Below, one piece after another: positions 1 to 9,138 of a stretch of DNA of 38,043 nt. The DNA is taken from positions 64,001-102,043 of IMG/VR virus record IMGVR_UViG_3300032245_001763; one strand, given 5' to 3'. A model generated the notes under the pieces. That model saw only the letters and a list, made by a program, of their open reading frames with translations. It had not been told where the DNA came from and did not search any database. How positions within the stretch are numbered: the first letter of the stretch is position 1; the number at the start of each line of letters is the position of its first letter. The position numbers were made by a program, and so were the translations under genes. The stretch comes from a virus (taxonomy: Duplodnaviria; Heunggongvirae; Uroviricota; Caudoviricetes).

Positions 1-279
1 GCTAAAGATATTTTCGTTCCATCTTATAGCAATTCAATTATATCTAAATATCCTTTTAAACAAAATAAACTTAAAAATTTAATTAATGATTGTGTTTCTG
101 TAATAAAAGAATTGGATGATTCTCAAGTTGAAATGTATTTATTAATTTTTACTGAAAAACAATTTGATTTAAATCAGTTGGAAAAGTTAAAATCAATTTA
201 TAATTTTAAATTTATTATTTCTAATGAATTTGATATTAATTATATTTTAAAGGAAAGTGAAAGTGTAACATGGAATTAA
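1..279 (+). CDS. 3' end of hypothetical protein (runs off the left edge)
   Basis: Frame +1 is open from base 1 to TAA at 277-279 (AKDIFVPSY...ESVTWN*) and overlaps the next start at 270. Confidence 0.6.
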   Translation, partial: AKDIFVPSYSNSIISKYPFKQNKLKNLINDCVSVIKELDDSQVEMYLLIFTEKQFDLNQLEKLKSIYNFKFIISNEFDINYILKESESVTWN

Positions 280-1034
280 TTAAAAAATCATTTATAAAAA
301 ATTCATTATTTAATGGCGAAAAAGTTGATATTATCATTCCGTATCATGGACAATATGAAAAATTAAGAAAATTAATTTCTGGTATCATGTATTCTTTAAA
401 AAGCAACAAATATCAAATCACTCTTGTTGATGATGCTTCACCTAATAAAGATTTCGGAAATCAGCTTAAAGTTATTGATCCTATTTTAAAGGTGATTAGA
501 AGTGAAAAACAGCTTGGTTTTGGTGGTGCTTTTAATTTAGGCGTAAAGAATACTTCGCAACCTTGGATTGTAGGTTTAAATAGTGATTGTTTAATAGAAC
601 AATCTAATTGGTTGTTAGAAATGGGAAGATCTTTAATTAATTTAAGTAATTCTAAAGTTAGAATGGTTTCATCAAGAAACAATTTAACTTATGAGGGTTG
701 TTCTGATTTGATTAAAAGTGAAATGAATGATTTTGTTGATGATTATATATTAGAAGATGGATTTTTACCAATGTTTTCTTTTATGTGTCCAAGAAGTTTA
801 TTTAAAGAAATTGGTTTAATTAAAGAATATCCATATGGTGGGTATGAAGATGAAGAATTTGCTGTAAGATTGAGACATTATGGATATAAACAAGCGATAT
901 CTGGAAAGAGTTGGATTTTTCATGAAGGTGGAGCTACATTTTCATCTCTTTTAAATAAAAAACCAGAAATACAAGATCAGATTAATAAAAATAGAATTTT
1001 TTGTATTAATGATATTAAATCTTTAATTAATTAA
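270..1034 (+). CDS. Glycosyltransferase family 2 (GT-A fold)
   Basis: VDIIIPYHG, LVDDAS, LGFGGAFNLG, LNSD (DxD-like) and YEDEEFAVR motifs. Confidence 0.85.
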   Translation: MELIKKSFIKNSLFNGEKVDIIIPYHGQYEKLRKLISGIMYSLKSNKYQITLVDDASPNKDFGNQLKVIDPILKVIRSEKQLGFGGAFNLGVKNTSQPWIVGLNSDCLIEQSNWLLEMGRSLINLSNSKVRMVSSRNNLTYEGCSDLIKSEMNDFVDDYILEDGFLPMFSFMCPRSLFKEIGLIKEYPYGGYEDEEFAVRLRHYGYKQAISGKSWIFHEGGATFSSLLNKKPEIQDQINKNRIFCINDIKSLIN

Positions 1035-1068
1035 TATATAATATAAACTTTTATTGGAGATTAAGTTT

Positions 1069-1215
1069 ATGAAATGTAAAAAACCTGATGGAACTACAGT
1101 TAATGTAACAAAAATACTTTTTTATGCTAATTGCAAGTCTTCAAATCCACTATGTAATGCAAGTGAATCGGCATATGTGCCAGCTATAACCATATGTTAT
1201 CAAAGATTATTTTAA
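1069..1215 (+). CDS. Small Cys-containing hypothetical protein (48 aa, not in the ORF track)
   Basis: GGAG at 1056-1059, ATG at 1069, MKCKKPDG...CYQRLF*, 4 Cys. Its stop overlaps the stop of the convergent gene. Confidence 0.4.
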   Translation: MKCKKPDGTTVNVTKILFYANCKSSNPLCNASESAYVPAITICYQRLF

Positions 1216-1589
1216 TTTTGTTCCAAAATTGTTCCCTTTAAACCAATTGGACTAATTTCTGTCCAATTGGTTAATTTATTACTTAAAAATGCTTTTCCTC
1301 CATCTTTTTCATTAACTGCAATTGTTACGTGTTTGATGGAGTTAACACTAGGTACATCAGAAACAACTTCAACGGCTAATACTAAATTGTCTTGTGCCGC
1401 TTTAATTGCTGTTAACTTAGCTGAATCTCCAATTTTGAAATTGGAATTTGTTAGTGGACCTTTTTCGAATTTGCCCAAATTAATAGTCATATGATGTGCT
1501 ATTGTTTTCCAACCAGCGGGAATCAAATCTTTAAATGTACTTATTAACAATTTGTGTGAATTTTCATCTAAAACTAAAGCTGTGTACAT
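1212..1589 (-). CDS. 2H phosphoesterase-like protein (RNA-repair cyclic phosphodiesterase type)
   Basis: Two HxT motifs, HHMTIN and KHVTIA. Confidence 0.6.
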   Translation of the reverse strand: MYTALVLDENSHKLLISTFKDLIPAGWKTIAHHMTINLGKFEKGPLTNSNFKIGDSAKLTAIKAAQDNLVLAVEVVSDVPSVNSIKHVTIAVNEKDGGKAFLSNKLTNWTEISPIGLKGTILEQN

Positions 1590-2665
1590 TGCTTATTATT
1601 CCTTATATTTGTTGAAGATATTTGTTTTGTATCATGGAAAATTTCTTCTGAAACAAACGTACATTGTTTGTCGAAATCTTCATTTCTTTCAAGTTCGTAT
1701 CCAGATCTATGAAAAACTATAAATTTTGTGTTTTTAAATATTTCGAAATTATCAGTTGATCTTGAAAGTCTATTATATGTATCATATCCAATTATGAATG
1801 TTGCTTCATTAAATAACTTTATTTTATTTGAAAAAAGTGGTGCGTTTGTCAAAATTACTGAATTGACATGCGAATTATCATTGTACAAAAATGAGTTAAT
1901 TTGTTCTAATCTTTTTTTGCATTCTAAAAAATCTATTGTTGGTTTTTCAAAATTTTGCATAGAAATTTCGAAAGTTACATCTTTTTTTGTTAGCATTGAT
2001 GCAATTTTAGAAATTTGCAGATGTCCTTCATGCATCGGATTGAATGATCCAGGTAGAATTAATTGATGTTTATCATATTTTGGATAATTTAGTCCAATCC
2101 ATGCTTTATTGTTGTTTAAATAATCATTTTGAGGCTCAAAATGAGAATAATTATAAGATAAATAATTTATTTTAAAGTCTTTTTGTTTTCCTAAATAAAA
2201 TGATAAACATTTTATTAGTGCGTTTGAAGCTTCTTCTTCTTGAACTTCTCTTAAACTCCTTTTTTCAAAAAAACCAAGTTTTTTACTTAGTTTGAATGCG
2301 AAAGAACAAGTATCATGTGATGAATGTATTGCAATATAAATCCAATTTTCACGTTCTTTTCGTTCATTTTCTTTTGTGAGAGAACATGTCATTCCAATTC
2401 CTATATTGTTGCAACTATTGTCTATTGCAGTTTCATAAGAACGTACAGCCATCATACGAGCAGTTTCTTCTGAGCAATATTTTTCAGGTTTTTGATTTAA
2501 AAAATTATTTAAACAATCTTGATTATATGGAATTTTTGCTTCCATGAATATTTCTGAAGATCCACCATATTTTAACAAATTTGCTACTGCTCCTGTGCCA
2601 CCACCTGTAATTGATAAATATATTTTTATATTTTCTTTTTGAATTTGTTTTATTAATTCTTTCAT
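1574..2665 (-). CDS. CinA/PncC-like domain fused to a NadD/NMNAT-type nucleotidyltransferase
   Basis: N-terminal SITGG, GSSEIF, SEETARMMA and GIGMT resemble PncC/CinA. C-terminal ILPGSFNPMHEGH (HxGH), IGYD and ISSTNIR resemble NadD. Confidence 0.75.
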   Translation of the reverse strand: MKELIKQIQKENIKIYLSITGGGTGAVANLLKYGGSSEIFMEAKIPYNQDCLNNFLNQKPEKYCSEETARMMAVRSYETAIDNSCNNIGIGMTCSLTKENERKERENWIYIAIHSSHDTCSFAFKLSKKLGFFEKRSLREVQEEEASNALIKCLSFYLGKQKDFKINYLSYNYSHFEPQNDYLNNNKAWIGLNYPKYDKHQLILPGSFNPMHEGHLQISKIASMLTKKDVTFEISMQNFEKPTIDFLECKKRLEQINSFLYNDNSHVNSVILTNAPLFSNKIKLFNEATFIIGYDTYNRLSRSTDNFEIFKNTKFIVFHRSGYELERNEDFDKQCTFVSEEIFHDTKQISSTNIRNNKQCTQL

Positions 2666-2735
2666 AATATGACTTTCTAATTTTTGCTTAGGACATAAAG
2701 TTATTTAACTTAAATTTATTCCAAGGAGGTTTATT

Positions 2736-2900
2736 ATGTTAGTTTTGAGCAGAAAAAAAGAGCAAACAATTGTGATTGACAACAACATTACCATCAAAAT
2801 TTTGGAAATTAAAGGTGATAAGGTGAAAATAGGAGTGGAAGCACCAAGAAACATCTCTGTAAATCGCGAAGAAGTTGAAAAGTTATTAGTAAAAAATTAA
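2736..2900 (+). CDS. csrA: Carbon storage regulator CsrA/RsmA (54 aa, not in the ORF track)
   Basis: MLVLSRKKEQTIVIDNNITIKILEIKGDKVKIGVEAPRNISVNREE, with RBS AAGGAGG at 2723-2729. Confidence 0.9.
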   Translation: MLVLSRKKEQTIVIDNNITIKILEIKGDKVKIGVEAPRNISVNREEVEKLLVKN

Positions 2901-2921
2901 ATTTATTATAATAAATAATAT

Positions 2922-3200
2922 ATGATAAACATATGCCCATTTTGTGGAAGAAACATTAGTAGAGTTATCAATTCAGGCATTACTACTTGCGACAATTGTC
3001 AAAGAGTATTTTCAGATTCATCTGAAAACAAGATGCTCGCCGCAGCTTGGTATATTATTAGAAATAATGTAGATTATATTGATTACATATCCGAAATGTT
3101 TTGTTTGAACGAAAAAGAAACAGAAATGGTTAATAAACATATTATTGAAGATAATTTGGGGCATGATCAATTTTACAAAATTGTAATGAAAAACAAATGA
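2922..3200 (+). CDS. Zinc-ribbon hypothetical protein
   Basis: CPFC and CDNC pairs at the N-terminus. Confidence 0.6.
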   Translation: MINICPFCGRNISRVINSGITTCDNCQRVFSDSSENKMLAAAWYIIRNNVDYIDYISEMFCLNEKETEMVNKHIIEDNLGHDQFYKIVMKNK

Positions 3201-3298
3201 TAGAAACATTAATTTTCATTACAATTTTATTTTTTTATTATTCAAAAATAATTCAAAATTATATTTATAAAGAAAGTAAAGATCTTAATGAAGATTAA
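3197..3298 (+). CDS. Small putative membrane protein (33 aa, not in the ORF track)
   Basis: ATGA overlap with the upstream stop. MIETLIFITILFFYYSKII... is hydrophobic. The ORF fills the gap exactly. Confidence 0.45.
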   Translation: MIETLIFITILFFYYSKIIQNYIYKESKDLNED

Positions 3299-3812
3299 TT
3301 TATGGGGCGGACCAGGTTGTGGAAAAACATCAGTTGCAAGTGGTATTTTTTATCACATGAAAAATTTAAAAATGAATGTGGAATTAGTTTCTGAATATAT
3401 AAAAACTTGGGCATATGAAAAAAAGAACACTCAATCATATGATCAATTATATGTTTTTGCTAAACAACTCAGAACTGAAGATTTATTTTTAAGAAATGGT
3501 GTTGATCATATTATCACAGATTCACCAGTTCCAATGCAAATTTATTATGCAAGAAAATATAATTTTGATTGCTGGAAAGAATTGTTAAATATTGCTAAAA
3601 GTTTTGATTCTAAAACTAAATCTATAAATATATTTCTTGATCGAACTGGAATTGATTATGAAAATAATGGTCGTTTCGAAAATGAAATAGAGGCAAAAGA
3701 GGCAGATTGCAAAATATATGAGTTTATGACCCAATTTACCGATTCTTTTACCGTTATCAAAACTACTCATTTTGACGAAATAATATCTTATGTACTGCAT
3801 CAAATTGAGTGA
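3288..3812 (+). CDS. P-loop nucleotide/nucleoside kinase-like ATPase (NadR/AAA_28-like)
   Basis: Walker A GGPGCGKT, ELVSEY, IITDSP and RFENE lid-like motif. Confidence 0.75.
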   Translation: MKINLWGGPGCGKTSVASGIFYHMKNLKMNVELVSEYIKTWAYEKKNTQSYDQLYVFAKQLRTEDLFLRNGVDHIITDSPVPMQIYYARKYNFDCWKELLNIAKSFDSKTKSINIFLDRTGIDYENNGRFENEIEAKEADCKIYEFMTQFTDSFTVIKTTHFDEIISYVLHQIE

Positions 3813-3880
3813 AAATTCTTTACAACTTTCCTTTCAAGAAATAAAGTGATTTGCAACATCTCTTTAAAGAAAGGACTTTT

Positions 3881-5170
3881 ATGTTGAAGAAAATATTATT
3901 TGTTTTTTGCATTTTTTCAAGTGGAACTATTTTTGGTCAAGATACTGCTGAAAAATATGGTTATCCTTTAGATTTAAATTCTATTAATTTGAAACTTCCA
4001 AAAGTTGAAGATCAAAAACTTGATCTTATCTTAAAAGACAAAGATACAGTTTTTTACAAGTTAAAGCAAGTTTGGCAACATTATGTTCCACCATCGAAAG
4101 TTGAACATGTAAATCAAACTCTTGGCACAAAAACATATACAACAAATGATTTAGTTTGGGGTCTTTATTATTCAACCTATAATCCTGATGCTCATGCAAA
4201 TTTTAATTTTCCTTGGGAAACAACCGTTGGTTTAAATACAATAATTAAAACAACACAAGGTCAAAACTTTAAAACAGTTAATTTTATTTCTTTGCCAAAA
4301 GATGAAAATGGTAAAATATTACCCATATGGTATCTTAGAGAGGCACCAATAAAATGGATATTTCCAGCAGGAACAACTGTTGGTGAAATAATTTATGTGA
4401 TTAACAATAATGAAAAATATATTCAAGAAATTCGTACCAGAACTAAATCGGAAGATTGCGAAGTTTGGGAACCACATTTATATAGACCAATAGCGAATAA
4501 ACAAGAATTCATTCGTTACACACAATCACCAGATTTTATTTCTTCTAAAAAGTTTGTTTTTTTAAGAAATCCTCAAGAAGATGAAGTTTTTAGAATGGAA
4601 GGTAATGTGGAAATATTACCAGAATTAACAGAATCAAAAGTTAAAAGTATTTTATCCTTACCTTTTAAAGAAGTAACTAGTGAAAATTGGAGTCCATCAT
4701 CTTCTCAAGACTTTAGCATTTTGCCAAAAGATTATTGTTTTTCTTTATTGAAAAGTGTAGATGTTCAAGTATGTGCGGAATGCCATAGACAAACTCAAAT
4801 ATCTGTTAGAAATTTAGTTCCTAAAGATCCATCTGTAATAAAAGATCCAGTTGGAACTGGAAATATAAGAGGATCTGACGCAGTTTTTACTTGGCATCCT
4901 TTTTCTGACAATTGCATTAGAACATCTGATAAAGATCCTGTAAAAGCTTTGTTGGTAAGAAAATACGATACCGAAAATGGTTATATTAAAGTTCTTTCTG
5001 AAATACCAAAAGAAAACAGATACAATAAATTAACTAAATTTGTTCAAATGTCTTTAAAAGATTATGAGCTTCCAAAGGAAAAAATATTTTTACATGAAAC
5101 AAAACTTGAAGAAACAAATGAAGAGAAATTGACAACTGAAGATATTTCTGTATCAGGAGCGTTTAGATGA
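3881..5170 (+). CDS. Secreted protein with a single CxxCH heme-c motif
   Basis: AAGGA RBS before ATG 3881, signal-peptide-like MLKKILFVFCIFSSGTIFGQ, and CAECH. Confidence 0.55.
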   Translation: MLKKILFVFCIFSSGTIFGQDTAEKYGYPLDLNSINLKLPKVEDQKLDLILKDKDTVFYKLKQVWQHYVPPSKVEHVNQTLGTKTYTTNDLVWGLYYSTYNPDAHANFNFPWETTVGLNTIIKTTQGQNFKTVNFISLPKDENGKILPIWYLREAPIKWIFPAGTTVGEIIYVINNNEKYIQEIRTRTKSEDCEVWEPHLYRPIANKQEFIRYTQSPDFISSKKFVFLRNPQEDEVFRMEGNVEILPELTESKVKSILSLPFKEVTSENWSPSSSQDFSILPKDYCFSLLKSVDVQVCAECHRQTQISVRNLVPKDPSVIKDPVGTGNIRGSDAVFTWHPFSDNCIRTSDKDPVKALLVRKYDTENGYIKVLSEIPKENRYNKLTKFVQMSLKDYELPKEKIFLHETKLEETNEEKLTTEDISVSGAFR

Positions 5171-5949
5171 TAAAAAATTTATCTCCAGATGTTGAATTAT
5201 CAACTGTAAAAATAAATAATCAACAAATTTTTGTTGTTCGTGATGATTATTTGCAAGGTGGCACTAAACAAAGAGCAGCAATTCCTTTTTTAAATTATTA
5301 TAAAGAAAAAGGAATTAAAGAATTTTGTTATGCAAGTCCCTTTTCTGGATTTGCTCAAATTGCACTTGCTATTTCTGCCAACATTTGTGGTGTGAAATCA
5401 AGAATATTTGCAGAACATGATCCTAAAACAAAATCAATATCAGAGTTTTCAATAAAAGCCTTAAAATATTCTAAGGTAGATTTGTTTGATTCTTTATTGG
5501 AAGCTTCAAAAGCTTCAATACAATATGCAGCAAGTAGTGCTGATATTATGGAAATTCCATTGGGTTTTGATGATGAAATTTATAAAACATTTTTAATTCA
5601 AGAATTACAAAAACAATGGGATATAATTTGTAAAAAAATTAATTTTGTTCCAAAAAGAATTTGGCTTCCATTAGGAAGTGGCACTTTGATTAGATCGTTT
5701 AGAAAATTTTTGCCATCTGATATTCAGGTAAATTGTGTTAATGTTAATATTCTTGATATAAATGATAAAAGAATTTTAAATATTAAAAACTTAAATAATG
5801 TTAATTATTTTGAATCAAAGTTATTATTTGAACAAAAATGTGATAATCTGCCTCCGATTCCTAGCAATCCGTTTTACGATGCCAAACTTTGGGATACAAT
5901 CACTAGTGCAGGTTTGAATGGCGATTTGTGGTGGAACGTAGCTTCTTGA
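5167..5949 (+). CDS. PLP-dependent fold-type II enzyme-like protein (cysteine synthase/ACC deaminase superfamily)
   Basis: VVRDDYLQGGTKQR (candidate PLP Lys), YASPFSGFAQIALA and WLPLGSGTL. Confidence 0.6.
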   Translation: MIKNLSPDVELSTVKINNQQIFVVRDDYLQGGTKQRAAIPFLNYYKEKGIKEFCYASPFSGFAQIALAISANICGVKSRIFAEHDPKTKSISEFSIKALKYSKVDLFDSLLEASKASIQYAASSADIMEIPLGFDDEIYKTFLIQELQKQWDIICKKINFVPKRIWLPLGSGTLIRSFRKFLPSDIQVNCVNVNILDINDKRILNIKNLNNVNYFESKLLFEQKCDNLPPIPSNPFYDAKLWDTITSAGLNGDLWWNVAS

Positions 5950-5960
5950 AAGGATGATTA

Positions 5961-6986
5961 ATGTCAACTCTTTTGTCAACACTGAAAATATTTGGTTTGA
6001 ATGGTTCTAAAGATTATGCAAATCAAATAGCAAAAATGATAGATCCATCTGGTTTCAGTCTTTCAAAACACACAGAAACACACCATATAGATGGTGAAAG
6101 TTACATTAAAAGTGATGAAAATGTAAGAAATTGTGATGTTTATGTGATATCTAGTTTATTTAGTGATAAAGATCACCAAGTAAATGAAAAGATTTTGAAT
6201 TTATTGATGTTTGTTGGTTCTCTTAAAGATGCGTCTGCAAGACGTGTGACTGTAATTGTGCCATATTTTGCTTATGCTCGTCAAGATAGAAAAACCAAAT
6301 CAAGAGAACCAATTGCCACAAAATATATGGCTCAACTTTTTGAAGCGTCAGGAGTTGATCGTTTAATTACTTTAGATATTCATAGTTTGTCTGCATTTCA
6401 GAATTCATTTAGAATTCCAGTAGATAATCTCGATTGTGTAAAACTTTTTACTAATTATATTATTAAAGAAAAGATTCAAGATGATCAACCTACTCTTTTA
6501 GAAGATTCATCCAATTTAGTCGTATTATCACCAGATAATGGTGGAATAAGTCGTTGTGGTCAATTTCAAGATGCTTTAGAGAAAAAATTGAAAACAGAAA
6601 TTCCTTTAGCTGTTTTTGATAAAAGAAGAGTTGAAGGTCAAGTAAAAGGATCAAGAATAATAGGTGATGTAAGTGGAAAAAGAGTAATTTTATTTGACGA
6701 TATGATAGCAACTGCTGGCACTGCTGCAAAAGCAATTAAAGCTGTAGAACAAGCTGGAGGCAAGCTTTATGCTTTTTGTGCTACACACGGATTATTTGTT
6801 GGAAATGCAAATGAAGCTTTAAAAGATGTTAACAAAATTATTGTTACAGATAGTGTCTCCACTTGGAGATTAAGTGAAGAAAACAAAAAGAAGGTAACTA
6901 TAATACCTACAACAGAATTAATGAGTGATGTTATCGTGAGAACTCACTTTGAAGGCGGATCTATAAGTAAGTTGTTGGAAGTATAA
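5961..6986 (+). CDS. prs: Ribose-phosphate pyrophosphokinase (PRPP synthetase)
   Basis: DGESY, PYFAYARQDRK, LDIHS, SPDNGG, DKRR and ILFDDMIATAGT (PRPP-binding motif). Confidence 0.92.
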   Translation: MSTLLSTLKIFGLNGSKDYANQIAKMIDPSGFSLSKHTETHHIDGESYIKSDENVRNCDVYVISSLFSDKDHQVNEKILNLLMFVGSLKDASARRVTVIVPYFAYARQDRKTKSREPIATKYMAQLFEASGVDRLITLDIHSLSAFQNSFRIPVDNLDCVKLFTNYIIKEKIQDDQPTLLEDSSNLVVLSPDNGGISRCGQFQDALEKKLKTEIPLAVFDKRRVEGQVKGSRIIGDVSGKRVILFDDMIATAGTAAKAIKAVEQAGGKLYAFCATHGLFVGNANEALKDVNKIIVTDSVSTWRLSEENKKKVTIIPTTELMSDVIVRTHFEGGSISKLLEV

Positions 6987-6992
6987 AACAAT

Positions 6993-7799
6993 ATGTTAAC
7001 AGAAGCTGATAAATTAAGATTAAAACAAGAAAGATTATTCTTATTTAAAGAAGAAATAAAAAAAGAAATTTTCAATTTAGTTAGTAGCCCTCTTATTGAT
7101 TCTAAAAAAGATATTTTAATTGTAGTAAAAGATCAGCTTTTTTATGTTCAAAAATGCATTGAATCAATTCGTAAAAATACCATAAATTATAATTTATATA
7201 TTTATGATAATAATTCTTCACAAGAAACCAAAGATTATCTTAATAGCATAACTGATGCTAAAATTATAACATCAGATAAAAATGATGGTTTCATTATACC
7301 AAATAATATTTTAGCATCCATTTCAGATTCTGAATATTTAATATTATTAAACTCAGACACTGAAGTATCTTCGAATTGGGATACCACTTTAATTTCCTGG
7401 ATGAAATCACATCCAGATATTGCAATATCTGGATATTGTGGTTCTTTAATAGATTCTTCTGGTAAAGGTGGATTTATTAAATTGGGTTATGATATTGATT
7501 ATGTTTGTGGTTGGTGCATGTGTATTCCAAGAAAAATATACAATAAATTTGGATTATTTGATCAAGATAATTTAAAATTAGCATATTTTGAAGATTCAGA
7601 TCTTTGCTATAGAGTTCGAGAAGCTGGATATAAAATATATGCTATGCATTGTGATTTAGTAGAACATCATGAAAATAAGACCATTTTAGAGATAAATAAA
7701 GATCCGGAACAAAGTAAGATTTTTTTCGAATCATTTCAAAGCAATCAAGCGTATTTTAAGCGAAGATGGCAATCTGCACAAAGTAGTTTACAATCATGA
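6993..7799 (+). CDS. Glycosyltransferase family 2
   Basis: IYDNNS, LLNSD, YVCGWCMCI and YFEDSDLCYR. Confidence 0.85.
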   Translation: MLTEADKLRLKQERLFLFKEEIKKEIFNLVSSPLIDSKKDILIVVKDQLFYVQKCIESIRKNTINYNLYIYDNNSSQETKDYLNSITDAKIITSDKNDGFIIPNNILASISDSEYLILLNSDTEVSSNWDTTLISWMKSHPDIAISGYCGSLIDSSGKGGFIKLGYDIDYVCGWCMCIPRKIYNKFGLFDQDNLKLAYFEDSDLCYRVREAGYKIYAMHCDLVEHHENKTILEINKDPEQSKIFFESFQSNQAYFKRRWQSAQSSLQS

Positions 7800-7800
7800 T

Positions 7801-7816
7801 GTTTGATTGTACAATG
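7801..7816 (+). promoter_or_regulatory. Conserved 16-mer GTTTGATTGTACAATG, copy 1 (upstream of clpX)
   Basis: Exact match to 7 other copies. Contains palindrome ATTGTACAAT and -10-like TACAAT. Confidence 0.75.
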
Positions 7817-7822
7817 CTTCTG

Positions 7823-7857
7823 CCTAAAGGTCTTTGTACATAAGATTTTTAGGTTTT
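7823..7857 (+). promoter_or_regulatory. RNA hairpin in the clpX leader
   Basis: CCTAAAGGTCTT / AAGATTTTTAGG form a 12-bp stem with two G-U pairs and loop TGTACAT, followed by TTTT. Confidence 0.45.
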
Positions 7858-7891
7858 AAATGTCCTATGTACAACGAAAGGAATTACATTT

Positions 7892-9136
7892 ATGGCTGCT
7901 TCGAGAAAAAAAGATGATTCAACAAAACAATGCAGTTTTTGTGGATCATTAAAGTCAGATTATCCAATGATTGAAAGTAATAAGGGGGAAACTAAAATAT
8001 GTTACAATTGTGTAGAAAGTGCTGGAAGTATTCTTAGAGAATTAAAAAAAGAACGTGAAAATAAATTAGATATTGTAAAAAAAGTGCCTTCTCCAAAAGA
8101 AGTAGTTGAGTACTTAGACAAGTATATTGTTGGTCAAGATAATTCAAAAAAGTCAATGGCACTTGCTGTTGTGAATCATTATAAGAGATTAAATTATAAA
8201 TCCACTAAAGAAATTGATGATGTAGAAATCGAAAAATCAAATGTTTTATTGTTAGGACCAACAGGTTGTGGTAAAACATTAATGGCTCAAACTTTAGCCA
8301 AATTTCTTGATGTTCCTTTCGCGATTGGTGATGCGACAACATTAACTGAAGCTGGTTATGTTGGAGAAGATGTTGAAAATTTACTATTAAAATTAATAGC
8401 TAATGCAAATGGTGACATTAAAGCTGCTGAAAAAGGAATTATTTATATCGATGAAATCGATAAAATTGGAAGATCTGGAAGAAATGTATCTATCACTCGC
8501 GATGTCTCTGGAGAGGGTGTTCAGCAAGCTTTATTGAAAATGCTCGAAGGAACAGTTGCTAATGTTCCACCAAATGGCGGTAGAAAACACCCAGAACAAA
8601 GTTATTTGCAAATAAATACATCAAACATTTTGTTTATTTGTGGTGGAACTTTTGTTGGTTTAGAAGAAATGATTAAGAAGAGATTGGGAAATAAAAAACT
8701 TGGATTTGGAACATCTGTAACAAGTCAAGAAATAAATCAAGATGAACTTTTGGATTATGCAACCACTGATGATATTGTAGAATTTGGGCTTATTCCAGAA
8801 TTTGTAGGAAGATTGCCAGTTATTACAAATTGCAATCCTTTGTCAGAAGAAACTTTGTGTAAAATTCTTACAGAACCCAAAAATGCTTTAATTAAACAGT
8901 ATAAAAAACTTTTATCAATGGATGGAGTTAATTTAATTGTTGAACAAGATGCAATTGTTGAAATTGCAAAAGTTGCTAAAGCCAAGAATACTGGTGCTCG
9001 TGGTCTTAGATCGGTTGTTGAGGCGGTAATGCAACCAATCATGTTTTCTTTGATAGACAATAAAAGGAAGAGAATTACACTTAGTAAAAAAATGGTTTTA
9101 GATTCACTTTCCAAACACACATTGAAAGCTGCTTGA
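7892..9136 (+). CDS. clpX: ATP-dependent Clp protease ATP-binding subunit ClpX
   Basis: Zn-binding CSFC...CYNC, GPTGCGKT, LTEAGYVGEDVE, YIDEIDKI, RDVSGEGVQQALLK, GRKHP and TGARGLR. Confidence 0.95.
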   Translation: MAASRKKDDSTKQCSFCGSLKSDYPMIESNKGETKICYNCVESAGSILRELKKERENKLDIVKKVPSPKEVVEYLDKYIVGQDNSKKSMALAVVNHYKRLNYKSTKEIDDVEIEKSNVLLLGPTGCGKTLMAQTLAKFLDVPFAIGDATTLTEAGYVGEDVENLLLKLIANANGDIKAAEKGIIYIDEIDKIGRSGRNVSITRDVSGEGVQQALLKMLEGTVANVPPNGGRKHPEQSYLQINTSNILFICGGTFVGLEEMIKKRLGNKKLGFGTSVTSQEINQDELLDYATTDDIVEFGLIPEFVGRLPVITNCNPLSEETLCKILTEPKNALIKQYKKLLSMDGVNLIVEQDAIVEIAKVAKAKNTGARGLRSVVEAVMQPIMFSLIDNKRKRITLSKKMVLDSLSKHTLKAA

Positions 9137-9138
9137 TT

